64,000 nucleotides of DNA, from NCBI GenBank assembly GCA_043228905.1, contig JBHGNT010000017.1:9052001-9116000 (forward strand). The letters run 5' to 3'. A program made the position numbers and the translations under genes. A model generated the notes under the pieces. That model had not been told where the DNA came from, did not search any database, and saw only the letters and a list, made by a program, of their open reading frames with translations. This document shows positions 10,561 to 24,627 of the stretch, one piece after another. The first letter of the stretch is position 1. Each line of letters opens with the position of its first letter. This DNA comes from Azolla caroliniana. Lineage: Eukaryota > Plantae > Polypodiophyta.

Positions 10561-12482
10561 GACGTGTCGTCGAAGAAGGGGGATAGTGTCATGATAACAG
10601 TCACATCATGCATCGAAAGGATCATGACACTCACATTATGACTCGAAAGGATTTGAACCCACGACCTTGTTGTACATATGTCAAATCCTTAACCATTGTA
10701 TTAATATTCTTATATGTATAGTCTCTAGAATATGAAATCTAATATCATAGGAATATTCTATATTACTCTACATTCTAGAATGACCTAGAATATTCTAGAG
10801 TGTTCTATACCACTAGAACCTTCTAGAATACTCTAGAGATCTTCTAGATTACTCTACATTCTAGGATAACCTAGAATATTCTAGAGAGTTCTCTATTACT
10901 TATAAATAGGGATCTACCACCCATCCCAAACCTAAATTGGTTCAACGCCATTTTGTAGCCTACTCTTTGTAATCCATTTTACGCTTCAATATAATAATTC
11001 TCTTTCAATTATCTCTCTATCTCTTTTTCTCTCTCTTTCTCTCTCTCAGTCTTGACAATATCCGACCGGTGCAGCCGCGCAGTTAGTCGGCTACACCGAT
11101 GCTGATTGGACTAGCAACGCCGCCGATCGCCGATCCACGTCTGGATACGCGTTCTCCCTCGGGAGTGCCGCGATCGCGTGGAGCAGTAAGAAGCAGTCGA
11201 CAGTTGCACTGTCGAGCACCGAAGCCGAGTACCGAGGAGCGGTTGTCGCGACATGCGAAGCCATATGGTTGAAGCGGCTACTTAAGGACCTGCAAGAGGA
11301 GGTGACCGATCCAACGACGATCTACTGCGACAACCTCAGCAGCATCCAACTCGCGAAGAACCTCGTCTTGCACGCACGGACCAAGCACATTGAGGTGCAC
11401 TACCATTTCGTCCGTGAGCGTGTCCTTTCCGGTGAAGTCGAACTTCAGTACGTTCCGACGGATCAGCAGATTACCAACATCTTCACCAAGCCTCTTGGTC
11501 TGGACAAGTTGCGGCAATTCTCTGGTGCACTCGGATTGCGTCACCTCGACGTGCCGAACTTGAGGGGGAGAACAATCCCGAACGACCAAGCAAAGCAGCT
11601 GGAAAGGAGCGGAGACCGCGACACCGAGTCGGTTGTCGAGTTCGACTTCGGATCGGCTGAAGAAGCCGAGGGCGGACCCGCGGAAAAGTTCGGAAGCGGA
11701 CAAAAGGGGAGCAACCGAAGGAGAGAGCCGAAGCCAACCACGCATGGGGAAGATGACGCCATCGAGGGCGAGAAGACCAAAGACGAGTTGGAGACAGCCA
11801 ACTCAGACGAGAGCGAAAACCGATCGGAGGTAACCGAGTCGGTTCGGATGTTTGATTCAGATACGCTGAATCAACCGAGGCCCAAGCGGAAGAAAAGGCA
11901 GCAGGAGAAGCGTCAACACCGCAACAGCAGAAGAGCTGATAAGGGCCGCATGAGCAGACAAGCCGACCGGAAGGCTCGAAGCGCGCGGAGTCGAATAGGT
12001 CGAGGAGCGCGAGCGAGGTGTGAAGCCAGGAGGAACCGGAGCTGTGAGCCCGAGGATCTCGAAGAGCCTCGAGTTGAGCTTGAGGGGGAGTGTTGAGAGA
12101 CAAGCTCAACATCGGCCAGATCGGCTGAAGAAGCCGAGGACCGGATCGGTTGGGACCGATCGGTTAGGTCGAGTGCGTAAACTGGGAGGTCGTTAGGAAA
12201 GATATTCCGTGAGGAATATATTTGGGAGTTAGTGTAGGAGCTCTTGATGAGCATTGAAGTACTGTCAGTACTTCGGTCAATCCTTCTAGGAGTTGTATAA
12301 AAGTGTTCACTGAGCACGTCTTATGTACAGACTGAGTATTATTGTTAAATATAGTTCTTGTGTTCTCTCTCTCTCTCTCTGTCTCTCCCGCGTATACTGC
12401 GTAAGCTCAAGCTCTCCATTAAACATGAGTTTTCTTCCTTCTGTTCGGTCTTCATACCTGCTTCCGCACGCTACTTTCTACA

Positions 12483-15429
12483 CCCTTCTTCTGCTGGAAC
12501 CCCTTCACCATGATCTTGGCTTTGTACCTTGGAGGGTTGCTGGCATCTCCCGGTTTCAACTTGTACACCCACTTGTTTTGGAGTGCCCTCTTTCCTTTCG
12601 GCAACTCCACCAATTCATACGTGTGGTTCTCATGCAAGGCATCCATCTCATCCTGCATGGCACTCAACCACTTGCGGCTATAGGTGTAACCCTTCGCTTC
12701 TTCGAAGCTTTCCGGCTCCCCCTCATTGGTCAGCAGCACATGCTCTGCATCTGTCTTTCTCTCTCTGAGAGAATATCTCCGTCTTTGGCTTTCGGCAACC
12801 GGCTCCTCTATTTGTTCTTCATCTGAATATGATTCGGGGTCTTGGCCAGTTCCAGTTTCAGCTTCCTCTACTTCTTCTTCTGTCGGTTCGGTATCCTCAC
12901 CGTAACCGGCTGGTTCCTCGAGTGTCAACCGGCTCTTAGCCGGGTGGGTCCGAATCTCATGGGAGTTCATTATCTTCTTCTCCGACTCCCAGTCGGCAAG
13001 AGTCTTGTCCTCCATGAAGATAATGTCTCGGCTCCGGAAAACCTTCTTGTCAACCGAATCCCACACTCGGTAGCCGAACTCATCATCGCTGTATCCGAGG
13101 AATATGCATGGCTGGGTCTTTGGATCCAACTTTCCTCTCCGGTCCTTAGCAACATGCATGTACGCGAGGCACCCGAACACCTTAAACTTCCGGTAGGACA
13201 CTTCCTTACCGATCCACACGTTTTGCGGTGTGTCTCCATCCAAGGGCACTGAGGGTGATATGTTTATCACATACGTCGTTGTCGACAGCGCCTCAGCCCA
13301 AAACGTCTTGGGTAGTTTAACATGTGCTAGCATACTCCAGACCCTCTCCATTATGGTCCGGTTCATCCTCTCGGCTAGCCCGTTTAGTTCCGGCGTCTTC
13401 GGCACGGTAAATTCGAGCCGGATTCCCTTTGAGCGGCAGTACTCCTCGAACTGCCCCCGGTATTCCCCTCCGTTATCTACTCGAACCGCCTTTAGCTTCC
13501 GTCCGGTTTCTCTTTCCACTCTTGCATGGAGCTCCTTGAAGACGGATAACACTTGATCCTTCGTCTTCAACGGTGTGGCCCACAGCCTCCTGTTGTGGTC
13601 ATCTATGAACGTCACGAAGTACTATGCTCCGGCATGGGACTTCGTGTCCACTTGACACACATCAATCTGCACCAACTCCAACGGTGCATTGCGTCTCATT
13701 AGTGGCCTTGATTGGAAGGAGGTCCGGTTTTGCTTACCGGCTAGGCAGTCGGTGCACCTCTCAAGATGCACGTTCTTCACCGGAATGAGGTTGTCATCGG
13801 CAAGCCTCTTCATCCCCTTCACGCTCATGTGACACAGTCTCTTGTGCCACAGCTCACCGCAATGTCGGAAGCCACGTTCACTTCTTCCGGGCGTAACCGG
13901 GCATTCATCAGGACAACGTGTTGACCTTCAGGGCCCGAGCCACTATCAGGCTCCCTTTGCTAAATTTCATGACTCCGTTTCGGATGCTACCCGTGTAGCC
14001 TTCATCATCTAGCCGACCGGTTGATATCAGGTTCAATCGAACCTCCGGAACGTGTCAGACATCCTTAAGCAGCAGCTTGCATTCAGTTGGTGTTGTCAAC
14101 CGCACGTCTCCTATGCCGACAATTCAGCATGTCCCTTCATTCCCCATCCGGACACAGCCATGATCACCGGCTATGTAGGATGAGAAGCATTTCCGGTCCG
14201 GGGTAAGGTGGAACGACACTCCGGAATCGACAACCCACGTTGTCTCGTCGCCGGCAAGGTTCAACTCACTCTCCTTGGTGATGAGCATCAACTCTTCTTC
14301 ACTTGCCGCGATTGCCGTCGTTCCCTTCCGGTCCGGTCCCCTACGGTCTTTACCGTTCCGGTCCGGTGTCCGCTTCGAATCGGTACCGTCAGTTTCCTTG
14401 TCTTTTCGGAAGTGCCGACAGTTCTTCTGGAAGTGTCCCGGCTTGCCGCAATAAAAGCAAGTAGGCTCCCCCTTGACTTTGACTGTGTCCCCGAATTTTA
14501 CCAGTTCTGGGGAATGCAGTTCCTTTGTCTTCTGCGTTCCGATTCGGTAAGGAGCGCTTTGGAGTCGGAGTTCGTATCCTTGTCTTTCCGACATGCGTCC
14601 TCATCTAGCAAGCTCGACTTCACTCTTGCTAGGGATAATCGTTTCCCTTCCGGCCCGGCGTTGCCCAAAGTGACAACCAACGTCTCCCAACTATCGGGGA
14701 GGGAACCGAGCAGGAGTAGTGCTAGTACCTCATCAACGAGAGGTACTTCCAATGATGTTGCCTGGTAGATCAGCCCCTGGAAGGCATTCATGTGCTCCGC
14801 CATGCTGGAGCCATCTTGGTACCGGAGTTTTACTAGCTTCCGAAATACCGAAACCTAATTAATAGCATTTTTGTTCTGAAACATAATGTTGATCTTCTCC
14901 CATAGCTCATAAGCCTTGCTCATTGAAGCACCGTATGTACGTCGTTCTCTTCATGTGCATCACCTCCCATATCGTGGCATCAATTTTGTCCGGTCTCTTG
15001 TCCCCGAACTGAACCGGCAAGCAAAGATCTTTAACCACGAGCATGTCCCTCATCTTCAACTTCCACACTGAGTAGTTGGAGCCGGTGAGCTTGAACATGC
15101 CTCCCAACGAATCGTCCATTTTTTTGTGTCGTTTCGCTCTAATACCAGTTTGACGAGAAATATGCAGAATAATCTCGGGCCACAACCGAAGCGTAGATCA
15201 CTTGATGACAATCAGACACAGAAGAAATGGGAATGGAGGTAAGTACACAAAACAAAAAGAGAATACACAGGATATTAACGTGAAAACCCTAAGAGGGAAA
15301 AACCATGGGAGTCCACAGACTCCAAACTATCACTATGTCGAGTAATACAACAGGGAGCACGGAGGCAACGACCTCTTGCTCACAATCTTCGCCTAGCGGC
15401 GGTTACAACAAAGACACGATCTCTGTATA

Positions 15430-15517
<88 letters not shown>

Positions 15518-15757
15518 GCACTGTACATGAGTTACACCAATAACTCTACAATCTACATTGAGTTTGCCCTAGGTCATATTTATACTAATATGACTTTTGG
15601 GCTATTTACTAATATAGCCCCAGTGGGCTCTCTGGAACATATTTACATATATGTCCCTTCATCCAGTGAGAGGTTCTCACCGAGCCTGCAACATCCGGTT
15701 CTCACCGGGTCTTCCTTGCCGGGTACTCATCATCCGGTTCTCAACGGGCCTGCAACA
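12483..15757 (-). mobile_element. Ty1/copia element C (related to A): 5' LTR 15151-15757, PBS, degenerate gag-PR-IN-RT start; truncated by insertion of B
   Basis: PBS GCTCTAATACCA 15136-15147; ORFs 14907-15185, 14498-14803, 14124-14594 (CFYCGKPGH, WVVDSG), 12452-13615 (integrase, GAG-to-RT linker). Confidence 0.9.
15432..15513 (+). repeat. (CT)n microsatellite within LTR
   Basis: Long pure CT run. Confidence 0.95.
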
Positions 15758-18008
15758 TCCCAGCTAACTCGAACCTTCTTCGTCCGGGGGTTATAACACT
15801 TATACCCCTTTTGCTCATGTGAGTAACCGACCAGGATGCATTTCTCCGACTTTGCATCCAACTTCCTCCGCTTCTCGTTCGGCACATGCACATATGCAAT
15901 GCTACCGAATATCTGAAGGTATCTCAAATTCGGCTTGCGCCCGAAATACAGCTCATGCGCAGACACCTTGTCACCGATCCGGTTTTGGATGTAAACGGCC
16001 ATCCGGACCGCCTTAGCCCAGTAGAATTTGGGCATGCTCTTCTCCTCCAGCATCGCCCTTGCCGCGTCAATAATCGACCAGTTCTTCCTCTCAGCCACAC
16101 CGTTTTGCTCCGGTGTGTATCTACAGTTGAACTCTCTCCGAATTCCTTTTTGCTGCAGATAACTGTTGAATTGGCTGAAAAAATATTCTTTTCCGCCATC
16201 CAACCGCAGGCACTTGATCTTCCTCTCCATTTCCCGTTCAACCAAGCTTTGCAGGTTCCGGAAACACTCGAAGACTTCGCTCTTCCGCTCAATGAGGTAG
16301 ATCCATGTGTGCCGACTATAGTCGTCAATAAAGGAGACGAAGTATCGACTCCCGCCAAGACTAACGTTCTGTGTCGGTCCCCATACATCCGAATGAATAA
16401 GGTCGAGCTTGTTATGGCTATGGTTTCGTTCGATGGCGAATGGAAGTCGGTGTTGCTTTCCGAGTTGGCAAGCTTCACATATTTGGGCCTTCCAGCCACT
16501 GAACTTCAGCAAACCAAAAACAACTTGTTTTGTTTGCAGGTCTTGAAGCCTCCGGTAATTGACATGGCCGATCCGCTTGTGCCAGAGATCAATATCCGAT
16601 TCAATCTTTTGTCCTTTGGCGAACAAAGCGGTGCGAACGTCATTGGTGTCGAGGATGAACATCCTCCCATCTCTGCGCGCTTGCGCAATAATCTGGCCCT
16701 CTTCCTCGATGAAGCACCCAATGTGCGTAAACCGCACTTGCATCCCCTGGTCAACGATCTGACCGACTGACACCAGGTTCTTCGTGATAGTCGGAACGTG
16801 TAATACGTTCATCACCTTCCCCCTCTGTCCAATGTGGCTCAAAGGGACTTCTCCGACATGCACGATTGGGTGAGGAGTGTCGTCTCCGATTTCGACGACT
16901 CCCGGTTGTTCCGGTTTCTCTAAGAAGGAGAACCACTCTCTGTGGCTCGTCATGTGATTCGACGCACCGGAATCAACATACCACACTTCCTCCGATTTGG
17001 AAGTGGTCTTCTTCATCGAGTTAGCCTCATGTTTCATCACCAAGGCTAGCCCTTTACCGGCTTTTCCGGTTTTGGATCCTCCCGATCCTTCTACGTAGTG
17101 CGAGTATTGCCGGTTCTCTCTGCCGGCCTTGCCGGATCCGGATCTGTCCGAATCGGCGTGCTTCTTCCAGCACTCGCTTTCTCTATGGCCTTTTTTACCA
17201 CAGTACCAACATTCTGTGTTGGGCTTTGCTTACCGGAATCCAGCGCCGCCTTGACTCCGCTTGCTTGTGGAGGGTCCGGAACTGCTGTCGGCACGTTCTC
17301 TGTGCCTTCGATCCTGCTCTTGCCGGCCACTACCATTGCGAGCCAACCCACCTCGTCCACCACGCCCACGGGGCCGATCCGCCTCCGTGTACAACATCAA
17401 ACTGTCGGTGGGTGCACTTGTTGACGCACTGGCATGGTTCTCCTCTACAAGGAGCATCGACTGTAAGTCAAAAAATGACGACATATTCTCCCTTGTACAT
17501 ACTGCCATTCGGAATGCTCTGAACTTAGACGCTAGGCCCCCAAGACAAATTTGCACCATCTCATCTTCCTCTATAGTGACGTTTATAGAGGCAAGTGAGT
17601 CACAGATCTCTTTGATTCGGGTCGTGTAATCGGCTACCGACATGTCCTTCTGTCGAACATTGCTCAACTCCTGTCGGAGTTGCAGCTTCCGGGTTGTAGT
17701 GCTTGCCACGAAAACCTTCTTCAGGTTTCCCCAAGATTCTTTTGGCGTCTTGGCATCTCGGACATGGCTCAGCAACTGGTCTCCAACACTGGACGCAAAG
17801 CAGTACATTACTCTGCTTGCCGCTTGTTCCCACACTAGGAAGTCCTTGTGTGCCGCATCAGGTGTTGTGTCGTTACCTCCGTCCACATAGCTCCAATAAC
17901 CATGCCCAAGCAGTTACTAGTGCATCTTGTATCCCCAGCTCACCGGCTCACCGATCCGGCTCAGGCTTATTCAACCGATCCGGATCCGGTTGAGCTTGCC
18001 GCTCAACA
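15758..18008 (-). mobile_element. Ty1/copia element D: truncated 5' LTR (~17932-18008), gag, PR, integrase; interrupted by C
   Basis: ORFs 17230-17886 (UBN2 gag) and 15730-17043 (WYVDSGAS, HKRIGH, HSDVWGP, EQNGVAERKN); LTR start TGTTGAGCGGCAAGCTC on minus matches the LTR at 39846. Confidence 0.88.
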
Positions 18009-20574
18009 CCCCGCATGAGAAGTTCATTGGAAAGAAGTCAAACTTATCACACCTCTGTATTTTCGGTGCAATCGCGTACGTACACATTCCCGACGATACA
18101 CGACAAAAGCTCGATCCGAAGTCGAAGAAATGTATCCTCGTAGGATACTCACTCGAACAAAAGGGGTACAAATGCTACAACCCATCTACCCGAAAAGTTC
18201 GAACAAGCCGAGACGTAGTCCTCGACGAATACGCATCCTGGTACGCACCAGAAAATACTTCGACTCCAACTCTACTCGACGTGGATGACGCCGAAATAGA
18301 AATAGAAGCTGAGGATGTTTGAAGACAACCTAATCTCGACATGGCTGAGTGGGCCATCATAGCCGCCAAGAGATCAAAGCACACCTCGACCGAGTCTGAA
18401 GCTGGACAAAGGGAAAGAGAAAATGCGGGACTATGAAGATTAGGAAGAGACTGAGGTGCTTCACTCTCTTGACAGTGAATTTGAAGGTCTTGACACTCAC
18501 ACAAATGGAATGAGGAAAGCCATAGTCCCCACGGATGCAAAGCTATGCCGAACCACCCGTGAAAAAAACCTTGTAAGCCGTTTCGGCTATGACGAGTACA
18601 TGGTGTATCATTACGCGTTCATGATGAAGGTAGCGCCAGTATGGGAGCCGGAGACGCTTTCCGAAGCCGTGCAGGATCCGCGTTGGGTCGATGCGATGAA
18701 TGAGGAAATGGAAGCGTTATGCAAAAACAAGACCTGGGATCTCGTTCCTCACACTCCGAACAAGAAAGCAATTGGTTGTAGGTGGATTTACAAAGTGAAA
18801 CACAATGTCGAAGGCTCCATAAATCGCTACAAAGCACGGCTTGTTGCAAAAGGATACGCGCAAACGCACGACGTCGACTATGAAGAGACCTTTGCCCCGG
18901 TGGCAAAGATGACAACTGTGTGGACCGTAATTTCCATCGCGTCAGCAAAAGGGTGGCACCTCCACCAAATGGACGTCAAGAATGCCTTTCTTCAAGGCGA
19001 ATTGGAAGAGGAGGTGTACATGATCCAACCACCCGGTTTTGAATCGTGCAGTCATCCGAACGTCGTGTGCCGACTCAAGAAGCCTCTCTACGGCCTCAAA
19101 CAAGCACCGCGTGTGTGGCATTCGAAGATCACACAGTATCTTCATCAAATTGGATTTCAAATGTCAAAATCCAATACTTCTCTTTACATCCGAAACGAGT
19201 TGGATAGCCCAATTGTCGTCATCCTTTACGTGGATGATTTGGTCATCGGAGGAAAAGATCTAGCCGAGGTTAACAAGGTCAAATCACTTCTTTCCGGCAG
19301 ATTCGAAATGAAAGACCTGCATGAACTCCATTACTTCCTAGGTATTGAAGTAATTCGAACACCAGTCGGAATAATGATATCACAATGACACTAAGTCCTC
19401 AACTTACTCTACAAGTTCAGAATGACGGAGTGCAAACATGTATCTACCCCTCTCGATCGTAATTTCAAGATCGATGCTAACTCTGGCACGGCCGAGAGCA
19501 AGCCAACTCAATATCGTCAACTGATCGGTAGCTTAATTTATCTAGCTCAATTATTCGGTCGGCCTACTTAGTCAATTTATGTAAAATCCGCGAAATCTTC
19601 ATTTGGATTGCGCTAAGCGGATACTTCGGTATGTCAGCACGACGATGGATTACGGCATCATGTATAAGTCGAATACGATCATTCGACTCGAAGGGTACAT
19701 AGACGCAAACTAGGTAGGATACAAAGCATATAGACGATCCACATCCGGATTCGTCTTCTCTCTTGGTAGCGGAGCGATCTCTTGGAGTAGTAAGAAGCAA
19801 CCGACAGTCGCACTGTCGAGCACAGAGGCCGAATACAAGGGCGTTCCGGTCGCTACGAGCGTAGCTGTATGGCAGAAGCGTATACTGAAGGAGTTGGGCG
19901 TACTCATCAAAGATCCAATTCGTCTATACTGCGACAACATGAGCAGTATCTACCTGGCGCGGAACCTCGTATTCCACGCGCAGACTAAGCACATCGAAGT
20001 ACACTATCATTTCATCCACAAACGCATATAGGCCGGAGATATCAATTTACATCTCAGTACGCACCTCCAAGTTGCTGACATTTTCACAAAAGCCCTTGGT
20101 ATTGACAAGCTACGGCAATTCGCGTTGAACCTTGGCCTATCTCTTCCCGACCAGCCGAGCTTGAGGGGGAGAACAGAACAGAATAGTGAACTGATCGATT
20201 GATCAAAGCACATGTCGGTTGAACAAGGAGTACGCAACCGAAAAGCCGAACAATCGAAGTTCGAAGCGTTCTGAAGACCGATTCGAAACAATTTTTCGAT
20301 ATCCGGAAGTTGTGTTTGAAGGGGCGTGTTGAGAATTGAACTCAACTTCCCATAGAAATAGGTTTCACACTAGCTCATGGACATACTATGCTAGTTTTGT
20401 AAATAGTAGAAAGGGCCCTTGCCCTAGTTTAGTTGGTATTTAAACCAACCCTTTGTAACTTTGTTACTGTTGGAAGTAATATACAGTTTTCTTGTTAAGA
20501 GCTCTCTCTCTCTCTCTCTTTGTTTGTTGTACACACACACACTCACTCACTCAATTATCTTCCGCTGCATTACA
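18009..20574 (+). mobile_element. Ty1/copia element H: integrase C-term, RT, RNaseH, 3' LTR ~20327-20574
   Basis: ORFs 17927-18322 and 18456-19388 (KARLVAKGY, YVDD); degenerate RH; PPT TTGAAGGGGCG before TGTTGAG; exact LTR right end uncertain. Confidence 0.85.
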
Positions 20575-23500
20575 CCACCAACTCCATCTCTTTACAAAAA
20601 GAAACAAATCTCACTTACCATTAGTATCTGCAAAACAATGAAATGCCTAATGTGACAAACCATCTAAGTTTTTTACCACATAATTGAGGAACAAGGTCAA
20701 TTGGGGATGACGGTTTTGTGTGTGCCAACAAATCGTTTATTTGTTGGATCAAATAAAGCTTGTTGCATTGAATATAATTTGTTATATAATTATTCCATAG
20801 GAGATGGCACTCTATATGTGGAGGCAGTCAAAATCGAACATTTAATTGGAGCAATAAAAGGTTTGTATTAAGTGCATGCATTATTGTGTTTTTTGTTCTC
20901 AATCATCGATTCATGAGTAATCCCTTTCATATAATCTTAGTTTAGTTTCATATGTTGATTGTGTGCAATAAATCCCTTTCATACACAAGTGTGCACGCAC
21001 ATGATTGGGTGATGTTTTTTATTTACCTCTTTTTCCAAGTTCATTAAAATTTTGTTTGTCAATGTAGATGAAAAGTAATATACAAACTTTGAATTTGAGC
21101 ATACTACAACCAATATCATAGTTATTGTCATGAATCATGATACCACAAGCTAAATAGTGAGTTGTGAGTTATGAGTTATTCTATCATTTAAAAGCATGAT
21201 AAACTCTTTGAGAATCATAAGGTCTAAGTTGGATGTAGGCATGGATAATGTGAAATAAACCTTATTAGCGAGGATTAGTTGGTGGGACCGTTTATGTAGT
21301 CAATTATTGTTTGGTTATACTTTTATTCCAAGTGAGTGGGTTGTTCATTTTATCAAACGGCCATTTTTTGTCTTCTTTCTCTATCTTGCATCATCCATGC
21401 CCCAAATTTTGGAAGGTAGTCAATCAATAAACCATTAATTATAGAACTTATGCATAATAAGTCGCAACTTATATTGGTTTTCACTACCCTCATATGACTA
21501 AAATATACACAAATCTCATTCGTAACCTAGTTTTGAAACATGTGCAAGAAGTAGGTTTCATATTGTATGTGCATCATGCCAAATGACAAAGGCCATATTG
21601 AAACATCTTTTGTGAGTGACAAAGTATTTGGAATAGACCAACCCATTTGCATGACTACTAAAAAATAGAGGGTATTCCAATAAATTTGCATGTGAGTGGG
21701 TTGGGCATCATCATGTTCCATTGCTCATTGGTGTGGTATACTTTTCTAGATATTTGTACGATCATATATCTACAATGATTGGGCGAGTTATTAACTAGTT
21801 AGATGAAAATGAATCAGCTCGATCTCTCCCCAAATTTAGATTGTGTTACGAAAACTTCCTTTCAAATTTTGTTGCAATTTAAAAGGAAAATACCTCTATG
21901 CAAATGGTTTATCTAGATGAATGCATTCTTGTTTATGACATGAAAAAATGTCGTCATGATGTACTAGGCATACCCACACGTCCAATCTTATAAAAATATA
22001 TGATTATGTTCATAATCAAATGCACATTCTTATCACACCCTTTTTATTTCATGCATATTATTGTTTTCCCTAAGCCAACCATGTGCCAAATCCTCAAGAG
22101 TGTTATGTTACAACTTCGATTCATATTTGATTACAAAAAGCAGAAGCAAGTCATGAGAAAACAAACATCCGTTCAATGAATCTCTCTAAATTTGCAATTC
22201 TTTCATGTAACATAGAGTCATTCTCTTTTGGATAGAGAGATGTGCATATTCGATCTCAAATTTATTAATGGAGGATCCATTAGCTCAACAACCATTTGTC
22301 TTTTTCTTTTTTACATTGAAAAAGAAAACTTCATGATAAATATGAATAAGGACAGCCATCTAAATGGGTAACAACAATATATGGTTTCTCGTCACACAAA
22401 GTGCTACCAAAATTGACCTACAAAGGAATCATAACATAACTTGAAAGCACATCTCTTTAATGTCTCCTAAATAAAGATGTTTTACATTACGCGAGGTACT
22501 TGTCATATAAAACTAGGATCGTCCACCTCTTGAAATAGCAACTCACTCTTCATATCCATGCATCTGTACTACATACACATTAGCATTTATGCAGATGGAA
22601 TGCTAGGCATTAGGAGAAGAAGAAGAAAAGAAGAAGAAAAAAATTTAGGTTGTTTTGATGAAAATAATGAGAACATATCTGAAATATGTTGAGAGAAAGG
22701 GTAGAAATATGCATCTAGAGCAAGGACATAAAGGAGGATATATTCTATGGTGCGATGAGACTCCTAATTAGCCACAATATGACAATTTAGCTTAACCCAT
22801 TGTTTTTTATAACTAACCCTAGATAACTAAATAAAATATTCAATATATAGTAATACTATTCGGGGAGCAAAAAGTTGTTGGCACACATACATTGGTTACA
22901 TTTGGTGGTCTTAGCTTGGGGAATAGTAAGTTTGGAAGAATTGGGAAAATACCACCAAGTTTTATTATTGCGATTGAGTATTATATTTTCTTAGGGAAGT
23001 AGCCTCATAAGATTGAGCATAAGTGAACTTACTTGGAAGTGGACAATGTTAACAACATTTCCATTCTTTATTTAAAGACCGCCATACATCAACTCTAGTA
23101 TGGAGAATACCTACATGTTCAATATTTCACACCAACATGTTCTTTTCTAAAGGGTGAAAGATGAAAGGAGGATTTGGTACTACCATATGACTGAAGCAAT
23201 TGTTATAGTTACTATTTATAGGGGAAAGTTGATTGGGTTATGTTGACTTTTAGACACTCCTATTATTAGCTTGACATACAAATAGCTAATATTTTACTAC
23301 ATAATCACAAATACACAAGCATATGACAAAAGTGCTACCAAGTGGACGCATTATATCACCACTCCCTCGGACACAAGAATGTCAGGTGAAAACCTACAAA
23401 GAGAATTTTTACAACATGACAAACATTTATCGCAAATGTATCTCATGAGCATATACACACGGGTCGAGAAAAAACATGTATGCTTCCAAAAGTATAAGGG

Positions 23501-23797
23501 AGGAGAGGGTCTTTACACATCATCATTTTGCATGTGGAGATTGAAAAGGTGGGAGTGGTTAGCCAAAATGGGTTAGCGAACATTGTGGAGTGGTTATCCA
23601 TAAAGCCCTTTGGACAAAGATAATGGCAAAGTGTATAAGAAGTGATGAATGAGTAATTGAGGATAGCTACAATGTGATGGTCAGGCATAAGATCGTAAAC
23701 CCCACTTTGCATGATAGCATGCATTGCCAAGTAAACATGATTGCCGAGGAATATCCGAATGAAAGAGCATTGCACTAGCCTCACAACTTACGATTGT

Positions 23798-23942
23798 TCA
23801 TATATGTATATGTATATGTATATGTATGTATGTATGTATATGGTATTATTGGTCTACATATATGTATATGTATATGGTATTATTGGTATATATGTATTAT
23901 GTATATGTATGTACTGTGTACATATGTATATGGTATATGTAG
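23798..23942 (+). repeat. TATG/TATA low-complexity microsatellite; (GAT/GGT)n at 24146-24197
   Basis: Direct inspection. Confidence 0.85.
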
Positions 23943-24627
23943 TTTTGGAGGAGAGAGGAGGGGTAATTTATTTGCCGGATTATTACTCGGAAACAAAACC
24001 AGACAACATAATTTGTTTGGTAAAAAAAAAAAAACAAAAAAAGCAAAACGAAAAGATTAGAAAAAGCGAAAAACAAATACAATATATATATATATATAAA
24101 TGTACATGTTTAGAAATATCTAAAGGGATCAGAAAAGCAGAGAGAGATGGTGATGGTGATGGTGATGGCGATGGCGAACATGATGATGACGATGATGCAG
24201 AGAAAACAGGGCTATGGATATATACATCTATGATTTTCCTTATATATATATAACTTTTAAATATATATGTATATTTCTAGTTTCTTTATGATAGAGCTCT
24301 CCGGCTATGGCGATTCCCATTCAATACACCTTTTTTGTTTTCTTTTCTTTGATAGAAGACCGCCCAGAAAATTAATATCAGAAGTTAATTAGGGTTTGCC
24401 TCCCCTCTCTGTCTCTCTCTTTCTTCCTCCCTCAGTTTTTCTTTTCTTTCCTTTCTGATATGGGTCCGGAACAGATACACAGCGAATATAACTTAAACGC
24501 CATGGTATTTCTTTCCTATGTTTAGATTGTCACTGTTCGAAGAGAAACAGAAAGAAAATACAGGCGGTAAACAACAAAAGCAAATTAGGGTTTTGCTGGA
24601 TTAGGAATTCCCGGGAGGATTGGAGAG

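Larger units (their letters stand above)
5118..11057 (+). mobile_element. Full-length Ty3/gypsy chromovirus (Tcn1-like) with 471-bp LTRs (5118-5588, 10587-11057) and an internal inversion
   Basis: TG...CA LTRs differing at about 4 positions by eye; TSD ATATC (5113-5117, 11058-11062); PPT GAAGAAGGGGGATAG; gag, PR (LLDSGA), RT (YLDD), RH, IN and chromodomain all present. Confidence 0.95.
3298..12482 (+). mobile_element. Ty1/copia element B (integrase C-term, RT, RNaseH, extended 3' region, 3' LTR 12091-12482), split by the chromovirus at 5118-11057
   Basis: ORFs 3353-4450, 4451-4822, 4832-5125 and 11269-12096; pol resumes after the TSD at 11063 (GYTDADW); PPT TTGAGGGGGAG 12080-12090; LTR TGTTG...CTACA. 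Confidence 0.9.

Noticed and set aside
15886-16770. 294-aa antisense ORF and similar shadow ORFs over copia pol
   Set aside because: Opposite-strand shadows of retroelement coding sequence with no recognisable motifs.
20600-23790. Possible ancient copia relics (~21500-21720, ~23400-23790)
   Set aside because: Similarity too weak to support by eye; left unannotated.
23741-24253. 170-aa Tyr/Met/Val-rich ORF
   Set aside because: Translation of TATG and GAT microsatellites upstream of the host gene.
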